From Octopus bimaculoides (taxonomy: Eukaryota): a DNA stretch of 64,000 nt. Numbering within the stretch: the stretch's first letter is position 1; the number at the start of each line of letters is the position of its first letter. The notes below the pieces were generated by a model. That model had not been told where the DNA came from, made no database searches, and saw nothing but the letters and a program-made list of their open reading frames with translations. The position numbers were made by a program, and so were the translations under genes. Positions 63,822 through 64,000 of the stretch are shown in pieces. Location: contig NC_068989.1 of NCBI RefSeq assembly GCF_001194135.2, positions 10,688,358 to 10,752,357 on the forward strand, in the 5' to 3' direction.

Positions 63822-63984
63822 ACGGACTTCTTTCAATTTCTGTCTACCAAATCCACTTACACGGCTTTGGTCGGCCCGAAGCTATAGTAGAAGACACTTG
63901 CCCAAGTTTTCCACGAAGTGGGACTGAACCCGGAACCATGTGGTCGGTAAGCTAGCCAATTACCACACAGTCACTCCTGCGCCT
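63822..63984 (-). mobile_element. SINE family A head
   Basis: Reverse complement of the same head as 672-835. Confidence 0.8.
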
Positions 63985-64000
63985 ATATATATATATATAT

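Overview
Repeat-rich animal genomic DNA with many N gaps. The SINE, LINE and microsatellite content suggests an octopus/coleoid cephalopod draft assembly (inference). Two spliced genes were reconstructed by hand, both on the minus strand. (1) A compact 3-exon gene (11344->7996) encodes a 408-aa secreted protein: signal peptide plus two tandem vWA domains with intact MIDAS motifs and nothing else. (2) An SLC6 Na+/Cl- monoamine-transporter gene (25230..>62064) has 12 coding exons visible. Their phases match human DAT/NET exons 3-10 and 12-15; eight match in length exactly and four are 3-12 nt longer. The exon-11 equivalent was not found (probably in an N gap) and the N-terminal/TM1 exon lies beyond the window. 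The protein has unusual TM6b His and TM8 Pro residues. The rest is a mosaic of about five tRNA-derived SINE families, R4/Dong-like, RTE, Tx1/L1, CRE-like and Penelope-like retroelement fragments, Tc1/mariner/maT relics, MITEs and microsatellites. I found no CRISPR, rRNA or true tRNA gene, and no clear-cut new biological system. The best leads are the atypical transporter, the minimal vWA-vWA protein, non-canonical minimal hammerhead motifs, a Tx1-like element with a tiny ORF1 sitting in a SINE, and the retroelements nested in (TAA)n repeats.
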